From Candidatus Oleimmundimicrobium americanum (GTDB lineage: Bacteria; Actinomycetota; Aquicultoria; UBA3085; Oleimmundimicrobiaceae): 42,175 nucleotides of DNA. The notes beneath the pieces were generated by a model. It worked only from the letters and a program-made list of their open reading frames with translations, was not told the DNA's origin and made no database searches. Positions 1 to 8,750 of this stretch are shown in pieces. Position 1 is the stretch's first letter, and each line of letters opens with the position of its first letter. Location of the stretch: positions 1 to 42,175 of the forward strand of contig DFBH01000057.1 of the NCBI GenBank assembly GCA_002366545.1, read 5' to 3'. A program made the translations under genes and the position numbers.

Positions 1-34
1 CTGTAAGGGCGTGGGTATCTATTTTATTAGGAAG

Positions 35-1123
35 ATGGAAATTTTGGAAAAAATATATATGCAAAGAGCAATAGAATTAGCGGAAAAGGGCAGGGGGAGA
101 ACAAATCCAAATCCGCTGGTGGGTGCCCTTATTGTTAATAACGGCGTTATCATCGGTGAAGGTCATCACACTAAAGCTGGTGAATCGCACGCTGAAATAA
201 ATGCATTAAAGAGTACAAAAAGCACATTAGATAATGCAACTTTATATGTAACTCTTGAACCCTGTTGCACTTATGGTAAAACCCCCCCCTGTACCAAGGC
301 AATAATATCCTCCGGAATAAAGAAAGTTGTGGTGGGATTAATTGACCCAAATCCAAAAGTTAGCGGCAAGGGGATATATGAGCTAAAAAAAGCACAAATT
401 AAAATTGAGACCGGTATCTTTAAAAAAGAAATAGCGAAACAAAATGAAATTTATATTAAATATATCACAACAAAAATGCCCTTTGTTCTCATGAAATCAG
501 CCATAAGCTTTGATGGAAAAACAACGTCGAAAAATGGGCAACCTGTTTGGATTACAAATGAAGAATCAAAAAAAATCTCTCATAAATTAAGGAATGAATA
601 TGATGCAATCATGGTTGGAATAAACACGATTATTGCAGATGACCCAATGCTTACAACTCGATTGGAGGAAGGGGATATTAAAAATCCCTTGCGAATAATT
701 GTTGACAGTAACGCCAAAATTCCCTTGTCAACCAAGGTTGTAAAAACAGCTAAAGAAATTCCTACTTTGCTTGCCACAACTAAAAATGCTCCAACAAAAA
801 AAATTGAAATTTTGAAAGAAAGAGGAGTCCAAATTTTAAAATTACCCGAGAAAGAAGAGAAAGTTAATCTCAAATATCTTTTTAAAGAGCTCGGCGAGAA
901 GGGGATTGTGAGCATAATTCTTGAAGGTGGCCCGCATTTAAATTCCTCGGCTTTAAAAGGGGGGCTCGTAGATAAAATGATATTTTTTATCGCTCCGAAA
1001 ATAATTGGAGGAAACAAGTCGTTAAATTTTATTACTAATCCGAATATTTCTTTCAATTTTAAATTCGACGAGTTTAAACGGATAGGAAAAGACTTGTTGG
1101 TGGAAGCTTACCCGAAAAATTAA
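35..1123 (+). CDS. ribD: Bifunctional riboflavin deaminase/reductase RibD
   Basis: HAE...TLEPCC...PPC zinc deaminase motifs plus C-terminal reductase (ILEGG); ATG at 35 preferred over GTG at 11. Confidence 0.96.
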   Translation: MEILEKIYMQRAIELAEKGRGRTNPNPLVGALIVNNGVIIGEGHHTKAGESHAEINALKSTKSTLDNATLYVTLEPCCTYGKTPPCTKAIISSGIKKVVVGLIDPNPKVSGKGIYELKKAQIKIETGIFKKEIAKQNEIYIKYITTKMPFVLMKSAISFDGKTTSKNGQPVWITNEESKKISHKLRNEYDAIMVGINTIIADDPMLTTRLEEGDIKNPLRIIVDSNAKIPLSTKVVKTAKEIPTLLATTKNAPTKKIEILKERGVQILKLPEKEEKVNLKYLFKELGEKGIVSIILEGGPHLNSSALKGGLVDKMIFFIAPKIIGGNKSLNFITNPNISFNFKFDEFKRIGKDLLVEAYPKN

Positions 1124-1150
1124 TTATCAAATAAATTAATCGGAGGCAAG

Positions 1151-1795
1151 ATGTTTACGGGAATTGTAGAAGAACTGGGAAAAATACAGTCCATAAAAAA
1201 ATCGAGCAATTCTTGCATATTTAAAATAGTTGCTCTAAACACAACAAAGGATATTCAAGAAGGAGACTCTGTCGCGATAAATGGAGTTTGTTTAACAGTT
1301 GCAAAATTGCAGGGGAATATTTTTGAAGTTGATGTTATGCCGGAAACTTTAAGGAAGACAAATCTTGGTTTATTGAAAACCGGCGCGATGGTGAACGTAG
1401 AAAGCGCGTTGAGGCTGTCCGATCGATTGGGAGGACATGTTGTTTCTGGCCATGTCGATGGAATTGGCAAAATAATCTCTAAAAAAAGAGAAGGAAACGC
1501 AATTAACTTTAAGATAAAAACATCTTCTAAAATAACAAGTTATTTTGTGCCCAAAGGGTCGGTTGCAATTGACGGTATAAGTCTTACCGTGATTGATGTC
1601 TCAAAAGATTTATTTACCGCAGCAATTATTCCTCATACGGCAAAAATGACCACCTTGGGTTTCAAAAAACAAGGAGCAACGGTAAACATAGAAATAGATT
1701 TGATGGGGAAATACGTCAAAAAATTTTTAGGTGAACAAAACAAAAGTATAAACTTAGAGACATTTGCAAATTTAATATCTAAGAAAGGAGGATGA
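1151..1795 (+). CDS. ribE: Riboflavin synthase alpha chain
   Basis: N-terminal [13 protein letters not shown] and GISLT repeats, GGH.VSGHVD. Confidence 0.97.
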   Translation: MFTGIVEELGKIQSIKKSSNSCIFKIVALNTTKDIQEGDSVAINGVCLTVAKLQGNIFEVDVMPETLRKTNLGLLKTGAMVNVESALRLSDRLGGHVVSGHVDGIGKIISKKREGNAINFKIKTSSKITSYFVPKGSVAIDGISLTVIDVSKDLFTAAIIPHTAKMTTLGFKKQGATVNIEIDLMGKYVKKFLGEQNKSINLETFANLISKKGG

Positions 1796-3003
1796 GAATA
1801 TTGTTTAGCTCAACAGAAGAAGTCATAGAGGATATAAAACAAGGAAGAATGGTTATCGTTTGCGATGACGAGAATAGAGAGAATGAAGGAGACTTTGTTA
1901 TAGCGGCGGAAAAAATAACTCCGGAGGACATAAATTTCATGGCAAAACATGGGCGAGGTCTTATTTGTATGCCATGTTCAAGTGAGAGACTCGACAAGCT
2001 TAAAATCCCGGCGATGACAGCAAATAACACCAACGCACACGAAACAGCTTTTACCGTTTCAATCGGTGCAAAAAATAAAATTTCGACGGGCATATCTGCC
2101 CCTGACAGGGCAGCTACAATTCTGGCAGTTGTTGATGCTAACACCAAACCTTCCGACATTTCAATGCCCGGGCATATTTTTCCTCTACGCGCGAAAAAAG
2201 GTGGTGTTTTGGAAAGAACGGGGCACACAGAAGCAGCTGTTGATTTAGCAAAGTTAGCCGGTCTTTTTCCGGCCGGAGCAATCTGCGAGATTATGAACGA
2301 AGATGGGACGATGGCAAGGCTGCCCCAGCTTGAAAAAGTAGCTCAAAGATTTAATTTAAAAATAATAACCGTAGCCGATTTAATTAAGTATCGTCGTCGC
2401 ACAGAAAAGTTGGTTAAAAAAATTGTGGAAATAAAGTTACCAACGAGATTTGGAGAGTTTAAAGGGATAGCTTATGAAAGCCTTGTGGATAACGAGTGTC
2501 ATATTGCTTTAATTAAAGGGGATGTGGTTGGCAAAAAAAACGTGCTCGTAAGGGTACATTCTGAATGTCTTACAGGTGATGTTTTTCATTCAATGAGATG
2601 CGATTGCGGCAATCAAATGGAAGTTGCTCTCCAAAAAATTGAAAAAGAACAAGAGGGTGTTTTTCTTTATATAATCGGTCAAGAAGGCAGAGGAATAGGC
2701 CTTATAAATAAGTTAAAAGCTTATGCGCTGCAAGAGGAAGGTAAAGATACTGTTGAAGCAAACGAATGCCTTGGGTTCTCTCCGGATTTAAGGGATTACG
2801 GAATAGGAGCTCAGGTGTTGGTTGATTTGGGACTGACAACTATACGATTAATGACAAATAACCCGACTAAAATTGTCGGGTTAGAGGGTTATGGTTTAAA
2901 AATAACAGAAAGAGTTCCTTTGGAGATAATTCCAACAAATGAAAATATTGAGTACCTTAGAACAAAAAAGGAAAAGTTAAACCATCTATTAGATAATACT
3001 TAA
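1792..3003 (+). CDS. ribBA: Bifunctional DHBP synthase / GTP cyclohydrolase II
   Basis: [38 protein letters not shown]; start could be TTG at 1801. Confidence 0.97.
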   Translation: MRILFSSTEEVIEDIKQGRMVIVCDDENRENEGDFVIAAEKITPEDINFMAKHGRGLICMPCSSERLDKLKIPAMTANNTNAHETAFTVSIGAKNKISTGISAPDRAATILAVVDANTKPSDISMPGHIFPLRAKKGGVLERTGHTEAAVDLAKLAGLFPAGAICEIMNEDGTMARLPQLEKVAQRFNLKIITVADLIKYRRRTEKLVKKIVEIKLPTRFGEFKGIAYESLVDNECHIALIKGDVVGKKNVLVRVHSECLTGDVFHSMRCDCGNQMEVALQKIEKEQEGVFLYIIGQEGRGIGLINKLKAYALQEEGKDTVEANECLGFSPDLRDYGIGAQVLVDLGLTTIRLMTNNPTKIVGLEGYGLKITERVPLEIIPTNENIEYLRTKKEKLNHLLDNT

Positions 3004-3022
3004 ACTTTTAAGGAGGAGTGTT

Positions 3023-3487
3023 ATGAAGACCTACGAAGGAAAACTAATTGCAAAAGATTTGAAGTTTGGAATCGTTGTGAGCAGATTCAATGAATTTCTA
3101 AGTTCAAGACTTTTAGAAGGTGCTATAGATGCCCTCAAAAGACACGACGCAGCCGAAGAAAACATCGACGTTGCCTGGACGCCCGGCTCTTATGAAATCC
3201 CGTTAATCGCTAAAAAAATGGCTGATTCGAAAATATATGATGGGATAATTTGTTTGGGAGTAATTATTAGAGGAGATACTCCTCATTTTGAATATATTGC
3301 CGGTGAGACTGCAAAAGGAATCGCGAAAGCGGGATTGGATTCCAATATTCCCATTTCCTTTGGAGTAATTACGTCAGATAATATTGAGCAGGCAATTGAG
3401 CGTGCCGGGACCAAGTCTGGCAACAAGGGATGGCAAGCAGCTTTGTCTGCTATTGAGATGGCAAATTTAATTAAAAACATGAGTTAA
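3023..3487 (+). CDS. ribH: Lumazine synthase
   Basis: [32 protein letters not shown]; strong AGGAGG RBS. Confidence 0.97.
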   Translation: MKTYEGKLIAKDLKFGIVVSRFNEFLSSRLLEGAIDALKRHDAAEENIDVAWTPGSYEIPLIAKKMADSKIYDGIICLGVIIRGDTPHFEYIAGETAKGIAKAGLDSNIPISFGVITSDNIEQAIERAGTKSGNKGWQAALSAIEMANLIKNMS

Positions 3488-3499
3488 TTAAGCTCATGT
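3477..3499 (+). terminator. Hairpin at end of rib operon
   Basis: ACATGAG...CTCATGT inverted repeat over the stop codon; no good U tract. Confidence 0.4.
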
Positions 3500-3643
3500 A
3501 AATGATATTTATGGAGAAGCTGTGGTAAACTTAATTAGCTACTTATGTTAAATTTATTAAATCAAATTTTTATAACAATAAAGCACTATAAAAGCATTAA
3601 ATAAAGTATTGTGAATTTGTCTTATGAAATATTAGTAAAATAC

Positions 3644-3671
3644 TAAAGTTTTTTTAACTACTGGTCGATTA
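3644..3671 (+). promoter_or_regulatory. Sigma28 (FliA/SigD/WhiG)-like promoter
   Basis: TAAA-N16-GTCGATTA vs consensus TAAA-N15/16-GCCGATAW; second copy at 5551-5578. Confidence 0.55.
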
Positions 3672-3737
3672 ATTAAACATCGTAACAAAAATTTGCATAA
3701 ATAATTTTATTATTATATAGATAGGGGGTGAGCAATA

Positions 3738-3920
3738 ATGGCTGATTGTCCGAATCTTGAAAAATGTCCATTTTTTAAAAATATTAAGTTAGCACCGACT
3801 GCGGAAATGTTAAAAACAACTTATTGCCGGAGTGATTTTGAAAGTTGTAAAAGAAAACAACTCAAAGATAAAGGAGAACCTGTTCCTGAAAATTTGTGGC
3901 CAAACGGAAAAATGGTTTAA
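3738..3920 (+). CDS. Small Cys-rich hypothetical protein (60 aa, probable metal/Fe-S binding)
   Basis: CPNLEKCPFF...YC...C..R, C-terminal PxNLWPNG; GGGGTG RBS; downstream terminator. Confidence 0.8.
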   Translation: MADCPNLEKCPFFKNIKLAPTAEMLKTTYCRSDFESCKRKQLKDKGEPVPENLWPNGKMV

Positions 3921-3952
3921 AAATTTCGCAATTTATCGGGAAGTAATTTTTT

Positions 3953-3983
3953 AAAAGGCCAAAGTAACTTTTGGCCTTTTTTT
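3953..3983 (+). terminator. Intrinsic terminator
   Basis: AAAAGGCCAAAG-TAAC-TTTTGGCCTTTTTTT. Confidence 0.75.
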
Positions 3984-3989
3984 ACGTTA
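3964..3989 (+). promoter_or_regulatory. Putative autoregulatory ECF promoter
   Basis: GTAAC-N16-CGTTA about 30 bp upstream of the ECF gene; AAC/CGT pattern of SigW/SigM-type promoters. Confidence 0.55.
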
Positions 3990-4018
3990 TATAAGAAGAA
4001 AGGAATACGCTTATAAAA

Positions 4019-4570
4019 GTGGATGATTTAAAGGATATCGTTAACGAATCAAAAAAAAATCCGCAAGCTTTTGCAAAAATTTATGAATTGTTTTTTGATA
4101 AAATTTATGGATATGTCTATTACAAAATAGGAATCGTAGCAGAAGCTGAAGATATTTCAGAACAAGTTTTCTTAAAAGCTCTCGAAGGAATTGGTAATTT
4201 TGAGTGGAAGGGAGTCCCATTTTCATCGTGGCTATTTAGGATAGCTTCTAATTTAGTGGTTGATTATTTTAGGAAAAAAAATAAATTATCAACTGTCCCA
4301 ATTGAAGAGCAAGCCTATAAGATCGCTGATAATAGGAGGGACACGGAGGATATGATTAATTTAAAACTATCATTTAAAACAGCACAAAAAGCAATTTGCA
4401 AATTAAGCGAAGACCAACAAAATGTAGTAATTTTAAAATTCTTAAACGGTTTTTCAAATGCAGAAATTGCGGGAGTTCTCGGTAAAACCGAAGGAGCTGT
4501 AAAATCTATTCAACACAGAGCGTTAAACTCTCTACGAAAGGCTTTAAAGGGGGAGCTATTAAATGAATAA
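4019..4570 (+). CDS. ECF sigma-70 factor
   Basis: Region 2 (AEDISEQVF, FSSWLFRIA.N) and region 4 (FSNAEIAGVLGKTEGAVKSIQHRA). Confidence 0.95.
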   Translation: MDDLKDIVNESKKNPQAFAKIYELFFDKIYGYVYYKIGIVAEAEDISEQVFLKALEGIGNFEWKGVPFSSWLFRIASNLVVDYFRKKNKLSTVPIEEQAYKIADNRRDTEDMINLKLSFKTAQKAICKLSEDQQNVVILKFLNGFSNAEIAGVLGKTEGAVKSIQHRALNSLRKALKGELLNE

Positions 4571-5546
4571 AATTTTTGATGATATTTTGGATAATTGCAT
4601 CAATCAAATAAAGCTTGGAAATGATGATATAAATGGATGTTTGGCTAAATATCCCGAATACAGCGAGGAATTAAAATCACATCTCCATACTTTTTATGCC
4701 ATAGCCAAAATACCAAAACCAATACCATCTCCTCAATTTAAATTGGAAGCTAAGAGTCGTTTACTGAAACAAGCTAAATCAAAAAAGTTGATTTACTTGC
4801 CTTTAAGAGGGCTAAAATCAAGAAGATTCCAATCTTTAAAGACAGCTCTAATCCAAATAGCAGCAACAATTTTAATACTTGTTCTTTTGGGCGGAGGAGT
4901 AGCTATGGCTTCCGCAAACAGCTTGCCAAACAGTCCACTTTATCCAGTTAAAATTGCAACGGAAAATGTTCAGCTTGCTTTAACTTTAAATCAAGCAACC
5001 AAAGCTGAATTGCACCTTCGATTTGCCGAGAGACGCTTAGAGGAGATAACAAGAACTCTTTCCGATGAAAATAAAGAAGAAATTAAACTGGAAAAAACCA
5101 TAAATGCCATGATTGGTCACACAAATAAAGCTATTGCCTTAACAGATAAGATGTCAGAAGAAAAAAGAGAGGAAATACTTTTAAAAACATTAAATCTCGC
5201 TCAACGTGAACAGGAAACGCTACAAAAAGTTATGATTCAAGCTCCGGTGGAAGTTAAGAATGCCATTAAAAATACCATTGAGAAAACTCAAGGAAAAGAT
5301 CAAAAAAATAATCCGGAGGATAATGAGGCAGAATCCCTTATAGAACAAGACAAAACAAACAAAGAAATAAATAGCAAAAAAATCTTTAGTCCCAATAAGG
5401 ATACTGAAAAAAATATTAATAGTGAGCCAAACCTCGGAGGCAATGTCTTTTCAAACCCGAAACCAACAGAAGATGAAAAGAATAACGGAGAAAATGATAA
5501 ATATGAAGTTGAGGGCAAAATGCATGAATTAAATTTTATAAAATAA
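4563..5546 (+). CDS. Single-TM anti-sigma-like protein (DUF5667-like)
   Basis: Overlaps ECF gene; TM segment then SLPNSPLYPVK..E, helical domain and low-complexity tail. Confidence 0.8.
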   Translation: MNKIFDDILDNCINQIKLGNDDINGCLAKYPEYSEELKSHLHTFYAIAKIPKPIPSPQFKLEAKSRLLKQAKSKKLIYLPLRGLKSRRFQSLKTALIQIAATILILVLLGGGVAMASANSLPNSPLYPVKIATENVQLALTLNQATKAELHLRFAERRLEEITRTLSDENKEEIKLEKTINAMIGHTNKAIALTDKMSEEKREEILLKTLNLAQREQETLQKVMIQAPVEVKNAIKNTIEKTQGKDQKNNPEDNEAESLIEQDKTNKEINSKKIFSPNKDTEKNINSEPNLGGNVFSNPKPTEDEKNNGENDKYEVEGKMHELNFIK

Positions 5547-5550
5547 AAGT

Positions 5551-5578
5551 AAAGCTTTTGAAAATATCTGTCGATATA
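5551..5578 (+). promoter_or_regulatory. Sigma28-like promoter
   Basis: TAAA-N16-GTCGATAT. Confidence 0.6.
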
Positions 5579-5584
5579 TATAAA

Positions 5585-5671
5585 TGAGGACCCCCTGAGG
5601 TTTCTAGGTGAGACTCTTAGAAGTTTTAAACTAGTAGGCCTTAAGAAAACCGCAAAGGGTTCTCTTTTTTT
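5585..5671 (+). ncRNA. Candidate small RNA (~85 nt)
   Basis: Behind sigma28-like promoter; GU-rich hairpin 5597-5642 on + strand, then terminator with T run; no ORF beyond 4 codons. Confidence 0.4.
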
Positions 5672-5673
5672 TT
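5643..5673. terminator. Possibly bidirectional terminator
   Basis: AAGAAAACC-GCAAAG-GGTTCTCTT followed by T run, between convergent units. Confidence 0.6.
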
Positions 5674-5932
5674 ATCCTTTTTTACTAATTTTTCTTTTTT
5701 CCGATGATTTATTGTTTGGGGTAGAAACTTGTTTTTTTTCCTTACTACCGGAGCCTACTCTTGAATCTGTTTTATAAAAACCGGAGCCTTTAAAAACAAT
5801 CCCAACGGGCTGAAAAATTTTCTTCATTTTCCCTCCGCACAATTCACATTTAATATCGGGTATTTCTGTTGCTCCATGACTAATTTCTAAATTGGTACCG
5901 CAATCTTCGCATTTATATTCGTATATCGGCAT
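5672..5932 (-). CDS. FmdB-family zinc ribbon protein
   Basis: MPIYEYKC..C, C..CGG, VFKGSGFYKTDSR; ATG at 5932. Confidence 0.92.
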   Translation of the reverse strand: MPIYEYKCEDCGTNLEISHGATEIPDIKCELCGGKMKKIFQPVGIVFKGSGFYKTDSRVGSGSKEKKQVSTPNNKSSEKRKISKKG

Positions 5933-5956
5933 ATTCCACAACCTCACTAACATATA

Positions 5957-6097
5957 TTAAGTCCCAAGCAACCTTGCCCTTGGCTTTCTTAGATTCATCT
6001 CTTTCGATACTTGGACCTCCTTGTTGTTAAACAATTCGGTTGCCATGTACTTTCCAAGACAAATAAAAACCAAACAGCAGAGCTTCTTGGGACTTAA
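5957..6097 (-). ncRNA. Candidate ~140 nt rod-shaped structured RNA (6S-like RNA or leader)
   Basis: 12-bp perfect closing stem, long helix with many G-U pairs on the minus strand, promoter positioned to start at the stem. Confidence 0.65.
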
Positions 6098-6102
6098 ATA
6101 AA

Positions 6103-6130
6103 ATCATATCAGGCTATTTTTAAAAGTCAA
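6103..6130 (-). promoter_or_regulatory. SigA promoter of the structured RNA/fmdB
   Basis: TTGACT-N16-TATGAT with extended -10 TG. Confidence 0.65.
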
Positions 6131-6205
6131 CAATTTCAAGTAAAAGTTTGTTTACTTAGCTTAAAGTTTCATTCTATCCGTGTAAATATTAACAAACTGC
6201 AGTTT

Positions 6206-6233
6206 TTGCCAAAATCTCTTTTTGTGATAAAAT
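6206..6233 (+). promoter_or_regulatory. SigA promoter of kinase cluster
   Basis: TTGCCA-N16-TAAAAT with extended TG. Confidence 0.5.
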
Positions 6234-6310
6234 TAACGTGTTTAGAAGGAGATTTTAAACTTTTGATGAATATTTAAATTGGGCACATTAATAATGTTGG
6301 GAGAAAGCCC

Positions 6311-8314
6311 ATGAAGCTGAAAAATGATTTATTGCGGAGAAAAGAATTTTACGCTGTTCTTTCCAGTATTGCTGATGGAGTTGTGGTCACTGACCAAAAA
6401 GGTAGGGTTGTACATCTCAGTCCATCCGCTGAAAAAATGTTAGATATTAAGGCTGATGAAGTGTTAGAAAAGTACGTATCTATTTCCACCTTGCTTAGAG
6501 GAATCCCCCCAACAAATAAAAATTTAGTTTTTTGTTGGAAAGAAAAAGGATGCAAACAAATTGATTGCCCAATGTATTCACTAAATAATCCTCGTTGTTG
6601 GACCATAACAGATACTTGTCCGGATGGTATCAAACAGGGGACATTTAAAGAGAAAATACGGCGTTGTCAAATATGCAAAATATTTGCAAAGAATTCAAAG
6701 ATATTAGAGGAACCCGCTGTTACTCTCGTTGAAGAAATTGTTTTAGATCAGCCCCAGAAGAAGATCATTAAAATTAAAACAAATCCTGTGATTGATGAAG
6801 ATGGAAATTTTCTCGGATTCGTTAGAACTTTGCACGACATTACGCTTGAGAGAGAAATGAGCGCCATGAAGGACGAGTTTGTCTCCACGGTATCTCACGA
6901 TTTCCGCATACCCCTAACTTCGATTAAGGGATATGTTGACCTTATTCTCGATGGGGAAGCGGGAGAACTAAACGATATGCAAAAAGAGTTTCTAACCATT
7001 GTTAAACAAAACGGCGAACGGCTAATTACAATGATTAATGATTTTTTAGACATCTCCAGAATCGAGTCGGGTAAGATAAAATTTGAAATCAAGCCGGAAG
7101 ATTTAAAATCAATGGCCCAAGAGGTAATTAACACCTTTCAACATCTTATCAATGAAAAGGAAATGGAACTTGAGATAAAAATTCCCGATGTTTTGCCAAA
7201 AGTTCTAATTGACCGTAATAGAGTAATCCAAGTACTGAACAATTTGGTAAGTAACGCAGTAAAGTACACACCTCAAAAAGGGAAAATTGGAATAGATATT
7301 AAGAATGAAGGGGGATATGTTGTCGTTTCCATCTTAGATAATGGGGCAGGAATTTCTGTTAAGGACCAGAAAAAATTATTCACAAAATTTTATAGAGTTG
7401 ATAGTTCACTTACGCAAGAAACAGGTGGAAGTGGACTTGGCTTATCTATCTGTAAAACCATTATAGAACGGCATGATGGAAAAATATGGGTTGAAAGCGA
7501 GGCAGAGGAGGGAAGTGTTTTTAGTTTTTCCTTACCAGTAGCCGAGAAAATAGGTAAATCGGAATTAATAAAACAGGGGATGAGAATCCTTGTGGTTGAT
7601 GATGAACCTGATATATCAAGGTTGATTCAACTTTATCTCGAAAAAGAGGGTTATTATGTAATTAAAGCATTTGACGGCGAAGAAGCTCTTAAAATGGCCA
7701 AAAAAGAACGCCCCAACCTTATAACACTTGATATTATGATGGGCAAAATCGACGGGTTTGAAGTCTTAAAAAAATTGAAGGAAGATACTCACACGGCTTC
7801 GATACCCGTAATAGTTTTATCCGTTATTTTAGATGAGAAGAGAGGATATCAACTGGGAGCAGCCGATTACCTTCCGAAATCGGTAAATAAAGGAAAGCTT
7901 ATTGAAAGCATAAGTAGAATAATTAGAAAAACCGGGCAGTCGGGAGAGAAAAAAAGCGTGTTAATTGTCGATGATGATAAAGATATTGTGAATTTTATCG
8001 AAATCAATCTCAAAAAAGCAGACTTTAATGTGCTTAAGGCCCACGATGGAATTGAGGCACTTAAGAGTATAAGAAAAGAAATGCCTGACTTGGTGCTCCT
8101 TGATATTCGGATGCCAAAAATGAATGGATATGAAGTGATGGAGGTTTTGAAAAACGATAAAAAATTGCGCGATATTCCAATTATAATCATGACGGCTTAC
8201 GATTTAGATCGTGAAAAAACGGAAGTTTTAAACTTGGCCGTGGACAAGGTCTCAAAACCATTTTCTATGAAAATGCTCACATCAAAGATAAATGAGACAT
8301 TGATACAGAGGTAA
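6311..8314 (+). CDS. Cytoplasmic hybrid histidine kinase: PAS (7-Cys insert)-HisKA-HATPase-REC-REC
   Basis: SHDFRIPL H-box, NAVKYT, DNGAG, GSGLGL; two VVDD/LDI receivers; no TM. Confidence 0.93.
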   Translation: MKLKNDLLRRKEFYAVLSSIADGVVVTDQKGRVVHLSPSAEKMLDIKADEVLEKYVSISTLLRGIPPTNKNLVFCWKEKGCKQIDCPMYSLNNPRCWTITDTCPDGIKQGTFKEKIRRCQICKIFAKNSKILEEPAVTLVEEIVLDQPQKKIIKIKTNPVIDEDGNFLGFVRTLHDITLEREMSAMKDEFVSTVSHDFRIPLTSIKGYVDLILDGEAGELNDMQKEFLTIVKQNGERLITMINDFLDISRIESGKIKFEIKPEDLKSMAQEVINTFQHLINEKEMELEIKIPDVLPKVLIDRNRVIQVLNNLVSNAVKYTPQKGKIGIDIKNEGGYVVVSILDNGAGISVKDQKKLFTKFYRVDSSLTQETGGSGLGLSICKTIIERHDGKIWVESEAEEGSVFSFSLPVAEKIGKSELIKQGMRILVVDDEPDISRLIQLYLEKEGYYVIKAFDGEEALKMAKKERPNLITLDIMMGKIDGFEVLKKLKEDTHTASIPVIVLSVILDEKRGYQLGAADYLPKSVNKGKLIESISRIIRKTGQSGEKKSVLIVDDDKDIVNFIEINLKKADFNVLKAHDGIEALKSIRKEMPDLVLLDIRMPKMNGYEVMEVLKNDKKLRDIPIIIMTAYDLDREKTEVLNLAVDKVSKPFSMKMLTSKINETLIQR

Positions 8315-8319
8315 AAAAA

Positions 8320-8733
8320 ATGGATAAGAAGAAAATACTTACTGTGGATGATGACTTTAATATCACAAGGTTGCTCAAATTTAAGTTAAACAAAGAGGGA
8401 TTTGATGTGTTCGAAGCTCACAATGGTGAAGAAGCGCTAAAAACAGCGACCTCCCTTAAACCTGACTTAATTCTTCTCGATATAATGATGCCTAAAATGA
8501 CCGGCTGGGAGGTAAATAAAAAATTAAGAGAAGATTCTAAGTTAAAAAATATCCCTGTAATAATGGTAACAGCTGTAAGTCAATTAAATGAACAGCTTAA
8601 AAGTCTTAAGGCAGAGGGAGTTAGAGATTATATAACGAAACCCTTTAATTTTTCAGAGTTAATAAACACGGTAAATAGAGTTTTAAGTCAAACAAAAGAT
8701 AATTCTTTAAGTAGCCTCAACTTAGACTCGTAA
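8320..8733 (+). CDS. Single-domain response regulator
   Basis: TVDDD, LLDIMMP, MVTA, TKPF. Confidence 0.93.
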   Translation: MDKKKILTVDDDFNITRLLKFKLNKEGFDVFEAHNGEEALKTATSLKPDLILLDIMMPKMTGWEVNKKLREDSKLKNIPVIMVTAVSQLNEQLKSLKAEGVRDYITKPFNFSELINTVNRVLSQTKDNSLSSLNLDS

Positions 8734-8750
8734 AAATAAAAGGAGGTTGA

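Noticed and set aside
1-34. FMN riboswitch before rib operon
   Set aside because: Not visible; upstream region lies outside the window
5957-6097. SRP RNA or tRNA identity for the rod RNA
   Set aside because: No SRP domain IV motif and no cloverleaf or T-loop
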